From assembly GCA_032718475.1 (NCBI GenBank), contig JAUCBJ010006937.1, positions 1 through 64,000 of the forward strand: 64,000 bases of DNA, given 5' to 3'. The notes beneath the pieces were generated by a model, which saw only the letters and a program-made list of their open reading frames with translations, did not search any database and was not told where the DNA came from. Below are positions 38,501-46,966 of the stretch, in pieces; the first letter of the stretch is position 1; each line of letters begins with the position of its first letter. The DNA comes from Nemertoderma westbladi. Taxonomy: Eukaryota > Animalia > Xenacoelomorpha. The position numbers and the translations under genes were made by a program.

Positions 38501-41500
38501 GCTCGTCCCATGTTAGTCCATCCTTCCATATACTGCGCATATAAATGCGAGCTTGCAGTATTACTGGACTGATGAATCCTAACGGATCGAACAATCGGCT
38601 CAACTTTGACAAGCATGATCTCTTGGTCAGTGTGTCTCCTTGACTGTCCAGTCTCACCTTCACTCGAAAGTTGTCTGTGTTTGGGTCCCAAAAGAGCCCC
38701 AACACCTTAGTCGTCGGTAGTGGTTCGAACTCTAGGTCTATGTCACCACCTCCACGCTCAGTAGTTCCGAATGAGTCAACTAATTCGGCACTGTTTGAGG
38801 CGAATTTGGTGAGGTTAAAACCTCCGCCCGCCAAGCAGTCCCGTAATTGATGTGCTACTGTTGTAGCACGTTCTACTGTGTCACAACTTTGTAAACCGTC
38901 ATCAACGTAAAAGTCACGTTCTACAATTCTAACTATCTCTGGGTCATACAGATGTTTCTGATCTCTAGCGGCTTGCTTCAAGGCGTACATCGTACAATTC
39001 GGGCTGTCTCTGGCACCGAAAACGCGAACTTGCATTTGGTAAGTCGCTGGTGGTAGACTTAAGTCCCCTTCCGGATACCAGAGAAACCGCAAACTGTCTC
39101 TGTCTCGCTCTAACGCTTTCACTTGGTGAAACATCGCTTCTACGTCGCAAGTAAAGGCTACTTGACGCTGACGGAAGCGCATAATCACCCCCATAAGATA
39201 GTTATTCATGTTCGGTCCATCCATCAATTCACTATTGAGGGACATTCCCTCAAACAGAGCCGCACAGTCATTGACTACGCGTACTTTATCTGGTTTGTCA
39301 GGATGTCTCACATAGTGATGTGGCAAGTAGTACGTCTGGTCTGTCACTCGCTCCGGGTTAGTCATTCGGATAGCGTATCCCTTCGTCAAATACGTCTCCA
39401 TCTGAGTGTTATACTGCAGATGGGCTTTCTCGTCCTTTAATAGACGTTGTCGGATTGAGTGTAGACGTCTTAAGGCCAGTGGGTAGTTATTTATAAGTTT
39501 AGGACTTTGGCTACGCCATAACATCCCCACCTCGTAATGTCCGTCCTCCGTCTGTCGGATAGTATCCTCCATGATCTTTAGAGATTGTTTCTCCTGTTCC
39601 GACATACAAGGGTCGTAGCTACCAGGTTCAGCTGTATCTTGTTCTAACCACCTGATAGTCTTCTCCGTTAATTCTTTGTCCAAGGCGGCTTGTTCCAACT
39701 GATGAATTTTCAACGCGTCATCGTCGATATCGATGGGCACTGTTGAAGTTATTGGGGTAGGTAGACTCGCAAGCCTATCATCTGTCGTCGATGGAATCTC
39801 TAGCTGACTCATCTTCCCCCCAATTTCTAAACTCACCTTGTGGGTTAGCTGCTCCTTGTGACTTATCATACTAGTTACACGTCTGTGATGTTTTGTCGAC
39901 TGTAGCGTAGTATGGTTCACGTCATGTGAAAAGGAATGAATTGAGTTTGTAGTCAATAAACTACATGTACTCTGTACGTCGTCTTCCTCGTCACTTACGT
40001 CCAGTGTGCGCACAGGCGCTCGAGTATACCACCCTATCGGCGTTCTGCAGGCGTATGCGTTTCCCGCTACAACTGCCGATGGTCTGGTTTCCCACACCTG
40101 GTGTAGGTTGAATTGGTCCGTCCCGATCAGCATTGCTACCGATCTATAATTGACAGGACATTCGGGTACACCAAGGTGTCTGAAATACTTACGGTCCTCC
40201 AGAGATTGTTCCGGCACTGGACCTAGTAGGTTACTAAAGTCCTTCGTGGCCGCAAAGGTTAGATCTCTAAAGGGCAACAAAGACCTCTCCCTCTCGCTGT
40301 GTTGCGATTTTGGAAGAAGAGAGTCTAAGTCCAACTTAACTCGTGTCACTGGTATTGCACGCTGTCCGTGCATACTACTTACTGTATAACTGACGTGCTT
40401 ACCTTGTCTAAGATCTGTTACGACGTCAGCTATCTTTTCATCTACGTAACTGTGAGATGAGGCTGAGTCTAGAATCGCGTAAATCCTCTTACTCCCTTTT
40501 GTGCCAGTAACTTTAATCGGGATTACACTGAATCCCTTCAGTTGGTCAGTGGTCAGGAGCGCGATTGACGGTTGTTCGTCTCCATTTGAATATTCGTCGT
40601 CTTCTGATTCTTCGTCCGACGATCCGGATTGTTCTGAAAAGCAATCCTCTATATGGGTCACGAAAGTCGGAGTCGTTTTCGATTCTCGTTTTCGGTAAGC
40701 CGCATCACATCTCGCTGCTGCTTCCGGGTGTTCCCTGGCGAAGCGTTTCGTCGGCGTGTGGCTGTCTGTGTGGAGCAGACCGTCGTGGTTGCGTCCACAG
40801 GATGGACAAGTGTCGGTATTTGGGCAATCCTTACGGACGTGTCCGTGTCGCGTACACCGCCAACAAGAGTCCAGTGGCCGTATCTGCAGCCGTCGTTCTT
40901 CTGAGTTCAACTCGCGAAATTGTCGACAACCTCGTAACTTGTGACCAATATACCGCTTACCTAAATGTTCGCAGTATTGGCAGCCGTTGAAGTCGGTGCT
41001 GAGTTGCTGTCTCGTCTGTTTCGTCCCAATGGGCGCAGATACTCTATTACCGTCTGAGAATTGTCGTGATTCCGTCGGTGTGGCGTAAGTGGCCGTCTTT
41101 GTGGATGTTGTCTGGGGTTTTTGTCGGTTGGAGGATGGCAGTGTGATCCCTTCTGCCACGATGTGCTGGTCGGTATAGTTAGATCGAGTTTCTACTACCG
41201 CCTCCCTGGATATTAAAAGGTACACATCTTCTAATTTTAGGAATCCTCCTCGCTCCTCTCGCTGATATTCGACCTTCCTCCACTCCCGACGAAGTCGATG
41301 GTGGAGTCGTCCTATTATCTTTAATAGGACTGTAGGCGTATTCCCGTAATCAAGTTGTCCAATTGATCTTAAGGTAGTGATAGCGTTCTTAATCTCGTCA
41401 GCCAGTTTTAGTAAGTCGACGGGTTTAGTGATAGCCCCTCCCTTACAGAGTTCTTCTATTACTGACCTGGCCATACTCACTGTACCTCCGTATATCGAAG

Positions 41501-44228
41501 TCAAACGATCGTACGCTAGTTCGAAAGCGTCCGGTACACCAACGAAAGTCTCCGCCAAACGTTTAGGTTCTCCTGACAACGTTTGGAGCAAGTAATTGAA
41601 CTTCTCTCGTGACGTAAAGGCGCACACGGCGATCTGGGATTCAATATAGTCTACGAAGGTATGCCAGTGTTTTGAGCTACCGGAGAACTTCGGTGGTTGT
41701 TGTACCGGCAATCCCTGTCTGGCTGCGAATTTCGCTATCTCCTCGGCAACGTTCAGAGTTTCGCGTCCTTGGTTGGTAGTCTGGTTGATGTTCTCCCTTC
41801 TAGGCGCTTTTCCCTGATACGATGTGGGGTTTGAAGGTACCGGTCTTTGTGGTCCCTTCGGGTGTCTATTGTGTTCGAATTCGGAATTTCTCGAACTGTC
41901 GGTGTAACCTTCCTCCAGACGTTCCTCAATCCGGGCCAACTTGTTGACAATGTCGGCGAACTGTTGCGCACCGATCGCGCCCGCTGGTGGTAACGCCTTC
42001 TGTGTCGGTGTATTCTGTGGAGGATTATCTGCAAAGGAGTTGTCTGAACGCTCGCGTTTATATTCATCGGCCGCCCCCGTTCTAAATACCTCGCGTTTTG
42101 GGTAATCCGATTCGCTCGAAGTACTACTATCATCTGGATATGGTGGTCGACGTGCTCGCGTCCGTTGCATCGTTCGAATTCTAACGGCTCGTTTCGGAAC
42201 ATCCTCCACTGTTCTCCGTTGTTCGGTAGGCTCACAAGTCTTCCTCGAAGTCGTAGATTGTGACGTAAACTGATTGAATGGTCGCGTCTCCACTGTTCTC
42301 CGTTGTTCGGTAGGCTCACAAGTCTTCCTCGAAGTCGTAGATTGCGATGTAAACTGATTGAATGGTCGCGTCTCCACTGTTCTCCGTTGTTCGGTAGGCT
42401 CACAAGTCTTCCTCGAAGTCGTAGATTGTGACGTAAACTGATTGAATGGTGGTCGGACGACCGCGTTTGAATCCAAAGGCCTCGTAGGCCGAAATGTCAT
42501 TGGGTAATCGTAGTGCGTAACGGGTTTTGGCGTCAAAGGTGGACTCACCTGTTTAGTCGTCAGTAGCGCAGGTCCGGTCAATAAACTACTACGATCTGTA
42601 ATCGGTGGGTTCCTTACCTTGACTCTCGGAATAGGCGACGACGTTGCTCTTGGCGGTATAAACTCGTTCGGAATAACAAACCTGTGTTCCGTCGCACCAT
42701 GGATAGGAGAAATATCACTACTACCCGCAATCGAAACAGGTTCCTTAGTCGTAACCGGTGCAAACATATGAGTTACCTGTGGGAATCGTTGACACACGTC
42801 TTTTACTAATTGCCGTTCCCGTCCGGGTGCTCCTACGCTTCCTTCCTTCTTCCGTTCCTGAATTTGGCGATGTCTTACCTCTAACTGGTCCAAATCATGT
42901 CCGTCACGAGATCTCATCGATCGATCGCGGGCCTTTTGATCCAGATCTTCCTCAGCGTTCGCTAATTCTCTCGCCTTCTTCTCAAGTTCGAAATGAAGTT
43001 TAGCTGTCTTCTCTCGTTGTTCCGTTTGTCGTTGTTGCGCCTCAAATTCTGCTTGTCGTATGGCGGATTGAGCTTTTATTTGCCGTGTTTTCATTTCGGC
43101 CCGTGCTTCCGAAACTAACCTGTCTCGTTCTAATTCCGCCGCTGCCGCTGCCGCTTGTCGCTCTGACTCGGCCGCTGCCGCTGCCGCTTGTCGCTCTGAC
43201 TCGGCCGCTGCCGCTGCCGCTTGTCGGGCAATGTCTACCTCTAACCTTTCTACTTCAGCTGCTTCTAATTCAGCTTGTTCCTGTAGATGAGAGATTCTCG
43301 CTATATTCGCAACGCGTAGCTTCTCTTCCTCTACTGCTGCCTGCATCACTAGAAGTTGAGCTTGTTCCTCCATTTCTCGTCGTTGTCGGCAGAATTCTTG
43401 CTGTTGTCGAGCAACTTCTGACGTGACTATACTTCCCTCGCAGATTTCGCTACGAATACTCACCAGCGATTGATTTAGTATTCCCGGTGCCGATTCGATT
43501 TGTGCGAGTGAAGTTTCCCTCGTAGCCTCCGGCACGGTCTCCCAATCCCCGACGTCTTCGCCGCACATGCGCAAGTGATCCGTCAGGTGTTTCAATTGTC
43601 CATCCAGTCGGTACAGTTCCTGTTCTTCCTCGGGTTGTAATAATTCGTCCGAAACTGACTCACCTAACAACTGGTCCGCTTGTTCCTGTTGTATCTGTCT
43701 AATCGTCGACTTAAACTGAATCAGTTTCTCTCTAGTGATCATTAGTTTCTCTAGGATTCTAAGTTGAGTATCCATGTCCTGTCTCTGTCTAGCTAGATCT
43801 TGTAAGCCAACTAAATTATCTACGGACTTATATACTTTACTCTGTACTCTAACCTGGAGGGTGTAGAACTCGAATCGAGACATCGGAGCGGTCAACCCGT
43901 CTAATATGCGTTGGCCTTCTCCAATACTCCTGGTTATATGCGCCATGTAACCTCCGACGCTTCTAACCACACTTTCTGTGCTTCCTGCTGAACTTACCAA
44001 TTCCGTTTCCCTATATCTAGGTTGCGGAACAGTTAGAAAGTCCTCGGTCCTGCCGTCGCCTCGTACTACGGCATCCGGTACTCCCGTTGGATGTACTGGT
44101 GACGCACACGGTGTAGGTTCGGTAGGCTCGCGAGTCTTCCCCTGTTGTTCTCCCGCTGCTGACTTATCCGCGTCACATGAGTCATAGTCGGTTTGTGTGT
44201 TCTTCGTATAGTCTTGTTTGTCACTCAT
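35517..44228 (-). CDS. Element 2 Gag-Pol polyprotein (Gag, PR, RT, RNase H, IN)
   Basis: DUF1759-like PPKFSG...EKFNYLLQTL; three Cys/His knuckles; ILDSAS protease; FYVDD RT; HCFSDAS RNase H; HHCC and GIDCFGP/SDQGTNF/GVWERL integrase; BEL domain order. Confidence 0.97.
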   Translation of the reverse strand: MSDKQDYTKNTQTDYDSCDADKSAAGEQQGKTREPTEPTPCASPVHPTGVPDAVVRGDGRTEDFLTVPQPRYRETELVSSAGSTESVVRSVGGYMAHITRSIGEGQRILDGLTAPMSRFEFYTLQVRVQSKVYKSVDNLVGLQDLARQRQDMDTQLRILEKLMITREKLIQFKSTIRQIQQEQADQLLGESVSDELLQPEEEQELYRLDGQLKHLTDHLRMCGEDVGDWETVPEATRETSLAQIESAPGILNQSLVSIRSEICEGSIVTSEVARQQQEFCRQRREMEEQAQLLVMQAAVEEEKLRVANIARISHLQEQAELEAAEVERLEVDIARQAAAAAAESERQAAAAAAESERQAAAAAAELERDRLVSEARAEMKTRQIKAQSAIRQAEFEAQQRQTEQREKTAKLHFELEKKARELANAEEDLDQKARDRSMRSRDGHDLDQLEVRHRQIQERKKEGSVGAPGRERQLVKDVCQRFPQVTHMFAPVTTKEPVSIAGSSDISPIHGATEHRFVIPNEFIPPRATSSPIPRVKVRNPPITDRSSLLTGPALLTTKQVSPPLTPKPVTHYDYPMTFRPTRPLDSNAVVRPPFNQFTSQSTTSRKTCEPTEQRRTVETRPFNQFTSQSTTSRKTCEPTEQRRTVETRPFNQFTSQSTTSRKTCEPTEQRRTVEDVPKRAVRIRTMQRTRARRPPYPDDSSTSSESDYPKREVFRTGAADEYKRERSDNSFADNPPQNTPTQKALPPAGAIGAQQFADIVNKLARIEERLEEGYTDSSRNSEFEHNRHPKGPQRPVPSNPTSYQGKAPRRENINQTTNQGRETLNVAEEIAKFAARQGLPVQQPPKFSGSSKHWHTFVDYIESQIAVCAFTSREKFNYLLQTLSGEPKRLAETFVGVPDAFELAYDRLTSIYGGTVSMARSVIEELCKGGAITKPVDLLKLADEIKNAITTLRSIGQLDYGNTPTVLLKIIGRLHHRLRREWRKVEYQREERGGFLKLEDVYLLISREAVVETRSNYTDQHIVAEGITLPSSNRQKPQTTSTKTATYATPTESRQFSDGNRVSAPIGTKQTRQQLSTDFNGCQYCEHLGKRYIGHKLRGCRQFRELNSEERRLQIRPLDSCWRCTRHGHVRKDCPNTDTCPSCGRNHDGLLHTDSHTPTKRFAREHPEAAARCDAAYRKRESKTTPTFVTHIEDCFSEQSGSSDEESEDDEYSNGDEQPSIALLTTDQLKGFSVIPIKVTGTKGSKRIYAILDSASSHSYVDEKIADVVTDLRQGKHVSYTVSSMHGQRAIPVTRVKLDLDSLLPKSQHSERERSLLPFRDLTFAATKDFSNLLGPVPEQSLEDRKYFRHLGVPECPVNYRSVAMLIGTDQFNLHQVWETRPSAVVAGNAYACRTPIGWYTRAPVRTLDVSDEEDDVQSTCSLLTTNSIHSFSHDVNHTTLQSTKHHRRVTSMISHKEQLTHKVSLEIGGKMSQLEIPSTTDDRLASLPTPITSTVPIDIDDDALKIHQLEQAALDKELTEKTIRWLEQDTAEPGSYDPCMSEQEKQSLKIMEDTIRQTEDGHYEVGMLWRSQSPKLINNYPLALRRLHSIRQRLLKDEKAHLQYNTQMETYLTKGYAIRMTNPERVTDQTYYLPHHYVRHPDKPDKVRVVNDCAALFEGMSLNSELMDGPNMNNYLMGVIMRFRQRQVAFTCDVEAMFHQVKALERDRDSLRFLWYPEGDLSLPPATYQMQVRVFGARDSPNCTMYALKQAARDQKHLYDPEIVRIVERDFYVDDGLQSCDTVERATTVAHQLRDCLAGGGFNLTKFASNSAELVDSFGTTERGGGDIDLEFEPLPTTKVLGLFWDPNTDNFRVKVRLDSQGDTLTKRSCLSKLSRLFDPLGFISPVILQARIYMRSIWKDGLTWDEPISSDQVDLWKTWEAELSSLEDYFIPRVYFPLQSTFPDNLELHCFSDASDNGFGVAAYLRRQVESDEFDVSLITSKAKTMPTKYMTTPRAELQAATLSTTIVNLIQTELQSSLQIFYWTDATLVLFYINNDTLEFKTFVANRRAEILDRSIKGDWRHCPGPQNPADIASRGMMPEEFCKPENKEFWQHGPQFLQKSTQDWPPLYDNKSNTIPKDAEIKKPKKGKTKKKTTAAKLKKKPKAKWKDITSKVKRGRLASLSTPDISPDGQPDISPDGQPDTLLDSQPDILPDISQNVPPDVSNALTNSKAAVSLLERPSSDKQPDTLPDVSPDTLLDSRLDTSNVLTNNKAAVSLLERPCIDKLPILTHLSNHKHSETSCITDVGSTYANVNTGVTLRSRDIPNLQPTLRPGINVGRKISLPKPADPIEFKPPLTIDLQSTDNQGKKTKKDKLLVDPDGSTVNKGILTGGPVGPSSNSKPSKFSIDLPDDVTNTYVDRIVNLTDSWTNACRKLAWIVRFVQYVKGKRDFTRRLTLAEIDRCEIKLIRHYQLRYFAREFTSISQGQPIKSSPILSWSPIIYNGLICHKSRLQNIDFNTNFRYPIIIPQHHELQRAMILDAHLHLKHAGRHHCLSYLRTRFVLIRPSKALSSVTRTCIICKKVHSRIGTQEMSELPQARLQAFRPPFTETGIDCFGPIHTKRGRILVKRWGLIFTCMSSRAVHIERVMDLSTNAFILALRRFIARRGLVKCLYSDQGTNFVGARNEIARAFKKLDHDQISNELQPHKIVWKFNPPDSPWRGGVWERLIRSIKTAMAKVIPVNHILTDDQLTTLFVEIEAILNTRPIVLVPDDKQSQFALTPAHLLMQAPTTLTPISIPIESDSYGRKAWKITQLLANKFWEIWQNHYLPSISARTNWYNNTHALKPGDHVLLAEVNLKRRFWITGVILATHPSMDGVTRTVTVRTIDGRTVDRPTQRLVLLEETRNESGDYKSPPNTSK
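42203..42450. repeat. 84-bp in-frame tandem repeat x3 in gag
   Basis: Encodes PFNQFTSQSTTSRKTCEPTEQRRTVE three times; each unit carries the 17-bp motif. Confidence 0.95.
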
Positions 44229-44313
44229 TTCGGTAGTTGTAAGTCAAGTAAAGTGAGTGTCAAAGTATCGAGTTTTACCGTATTTATATCTAAACGGTAC
44301 TAATTACAGTCTT

Positions 44314-44447
44314 ATAAAATTAGCCTACCGGCTGATTTTATAGCAGATGGATAAAATTAGCCTAAACGGCCAATTTTACAGCAAATAAATGTCACGGAAT
44401 AAGTATATAATAAAATTAGCCTAGCGGCCAATTTTACAACAAATAAA
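44314..44447 (-). repeat. Three hairpin repeats in the element 2 leader
   Basis: Sense TAAAATTGGCC-loop-GGCTAATTTTA x3, ending about 90 nt before the gag ATG. Confidence 0.75.
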
Positions 44448-45027
44448 TCGGATAACGATATGCGTTATCAAAAGGTAAATTAAATACAATAATACGGACT
44501 AATTCAGCAATGAACAAAGAAATCGTACGGAATGCATAAATACTTGAGACAGTGGAACCCACAATAATTTTAACTAATACGGTAATGCCTAACTTATTTA
44601 TGCAACTTTTCGAACTCACCCACTCCAATAATTCTCCAGAAAAAACAGATTCCCAGATACAAACCGGACGTGAACCTTTCCGTTTTTAACGTTGCGGACG
44701 AAACGCGATTTTCCCAACCAAAGTTGTTGAGTTATCTATCTCCCAAACTTGCTAAACACGGTCTTGCTCCCGTTACAGTCTAGAAATGAGTTCTGAATCC
44801 TGAAAAACAAAAGAGTTAGGTTTTACTTTACGAAAATTTTGTACCGGTACAATATGGTATTTAAACCCTTTTAAACACCGGTATTCAATTCCAAAAATAT
44901 TTTACACGCGGTTCAAATCAAATTTTATTTCAAAAAATTAGCACTTAGCTAATCAAATACAAACTTTTACCTCAAAATACAAAATTTTCAAATAACTTTA
45001 GTCCTACCGAACCGTAGTTCAGTAAAA

Positions 45028-45038
45028 CATATTCCTAC
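45028..45038 (-). promoter_or_regulatory. Element 2 non-tRNA primer-binding site GTAGGAATATG
   Basis: Abuts the 5' LTR; exact complement CATATTCCTAC at 29410-29400 (CATATTCCTAT at 46099-46089). Confidence 0.72.
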
Positions 45039-46961
45039 TAAATTGGAGAGATACGCCTATTCCTACTATCGGAAGAGACGGTAACAATACCTGCAATATC
45101 CTACTGTAAAGTTTGTAAATCAAATCATAAATCCGACCTTCTCACCAAAACAGTAAACCCTAAGTAAGCGAATATATTGCAGTATCGATCTCTTTTAACC
45201 GGTGAGGCAGAAAACAGTCTACGAGCAGACAAACTTCGATAAAACAAATCCCGCGCAGCGAATCCTAAAATCAGGCTGACTCACTGACGGACTAAGGGGC
45301 TCGTATACTTTGCCGCGGTGTGATTTATATGGTTGGGCAAAGGGACGCTAGCTAGGTATAGAGCAGATTTGGAGATGTCTAACTAGCGGGCAAAGTGCAG
45401 TAAGGACGAAAGTTAATTTTATATATTTCGAGGTGTAAATAATTTCTAACGCGCGTGTGTTAATTCTGAACGGTCAAAGCAGTTTTGCTCCTTCACATAT
45501 ATAATTACTGGGTACGGTGTGCATTTACGAATATTCTAATTTTATAACTTGTAGGTCCAATACTCACGAATGATAAGGTTCCTTCCCCTCTTGCGTATTT
45601 CCAGGACTCAAATTCAGGCATAAGGTTAATACTACGCCCAGAATTCGGCAATTTTAGGTACCAGGTCCCTGATACTAAGAAGAGATGTGTTAGTTTACTA
45701 CTGTAGGCGTACGGGTACTAATAGCTATCCTGGCTCCTATCTAGAATTTTAGTCACCCAGGTAGTCCAGGTAACTTCCTATTAGGGCGTTGGCGGGGACA
45801 CGGTAGATGTTAGTATATCCCTGATAGCCTCAATTTATTTGCGCCTAGCGTAAACTGCCCTACCGCCTGAACGGTACAATCCCAATTCAGGTGAGAACAC
45901 AGCAACCCCCCTAGCCTACAAGTTCTGATGTAACGGACACCGTTGTACGGCAAATAGTCGCACACACACCTGTACTTAGCAAGAGTTAAGCGTACAGTTT
46001 GCTGCACCCTAACCAATGTGTATGCCTTGTACCGGTGTGCCTACGTCCTATCTGCGTACTAGTATCTGCTCTCTCTCCCTCTCCCCCCATAGGAATATGA
46101 AGGTCTACTGCGGTTTTTTCCTGAATCAAGACAGTACAGTCCCTATGATGTAATTTTGGGCTCACAGCGTGTCACTACGTCTACCTTTGATCTTTTGGTC
46201 TTACACTTAGGTAGCAAGGATCGAACGCTGTCTAACCTTTCAGGCGATGGGCGAATAACACTAGATGGTATTGCGGGTTGTCTCTCGTCTACATTCCCGT
46301 GATGTTCCCGTTCATTGCTGCGGCCCGATCTCTAGCCGGCCATCCTGTCCCTGAGTTTGTTCACCGTAGTGAAACCATAGTAAAACAGATAGAAAAGGGC
46401 TGAGATGTGACTAGTATTTCTGACTTTTATTACAAAAGATATAATAACTATTATACAATAAACAATGTAATCTGAAATAAGACAGAAAGTGAATGATGGA
46501 AATTGAAGATTGATTGAGAGTGAATAATGAACGAAATCGCACCTTTATATACTAAATTTGTGCTGCAATCAATCGAGAAAATTCTCGATTGTTCTATGGG
46601 TTCTAACAAGGTTTTAAAGATAGCTTATTGGTCCAGCTAATATATAACTTGCACGACATTGGTTACAATCAAATAACTACAGCCTTATTGGTACAGACAA
46701 ATGCAATTAATTTGTAGCGGTTAATTTAAATGAGTTGAAATTCTGCACAAAAAATAATTCGCACTTACTAGGATTCGAACTCGATACCTACTACACTTAT
46801 AATTTCCAACGCTCTACCAACTGAGCTACTGAACCACTTGACCGATAGATACATAATAGATAGAACCAATACTAATGAGAACTCAAAGCAATCTTTACAA
46901 AGTTAATTCGAATAAAATAAAATTTTGAAAATCCACGGCATTTAGGGAATATAATTCTATA
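45039..46961 (-). repeat. Element 2 5' LTR
   Basis: Direct repeat of 28350-30272. Confidence 0.95.
46544..46837 (-). promoter_or_regulatory. Element 2 U3 cassette: Pol III A/B boxes, T6, three CCAAT boxes, TATA
   Basis: A/B module 46748-46837; plus-strand ATTGG at 46627, 46658, 46687; sense TATATAAA at 46551-46544. Confidence 0.78.
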
Positions 46962-46966
46962 CATAT

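Larger units (their letters stand above)
28350..46961 (-). mobile_element. BEL/Pao LTR retrotransposon, element 2 (intact, young, 18.6 kb, two ORFs)
   Basis: 1923-bp near-identical direct repeats; TSD CATAT (28345-28349, 46962-46966); uninterrupted 2903-aa and 1241-aa ORFs. Confidence 0.95.
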
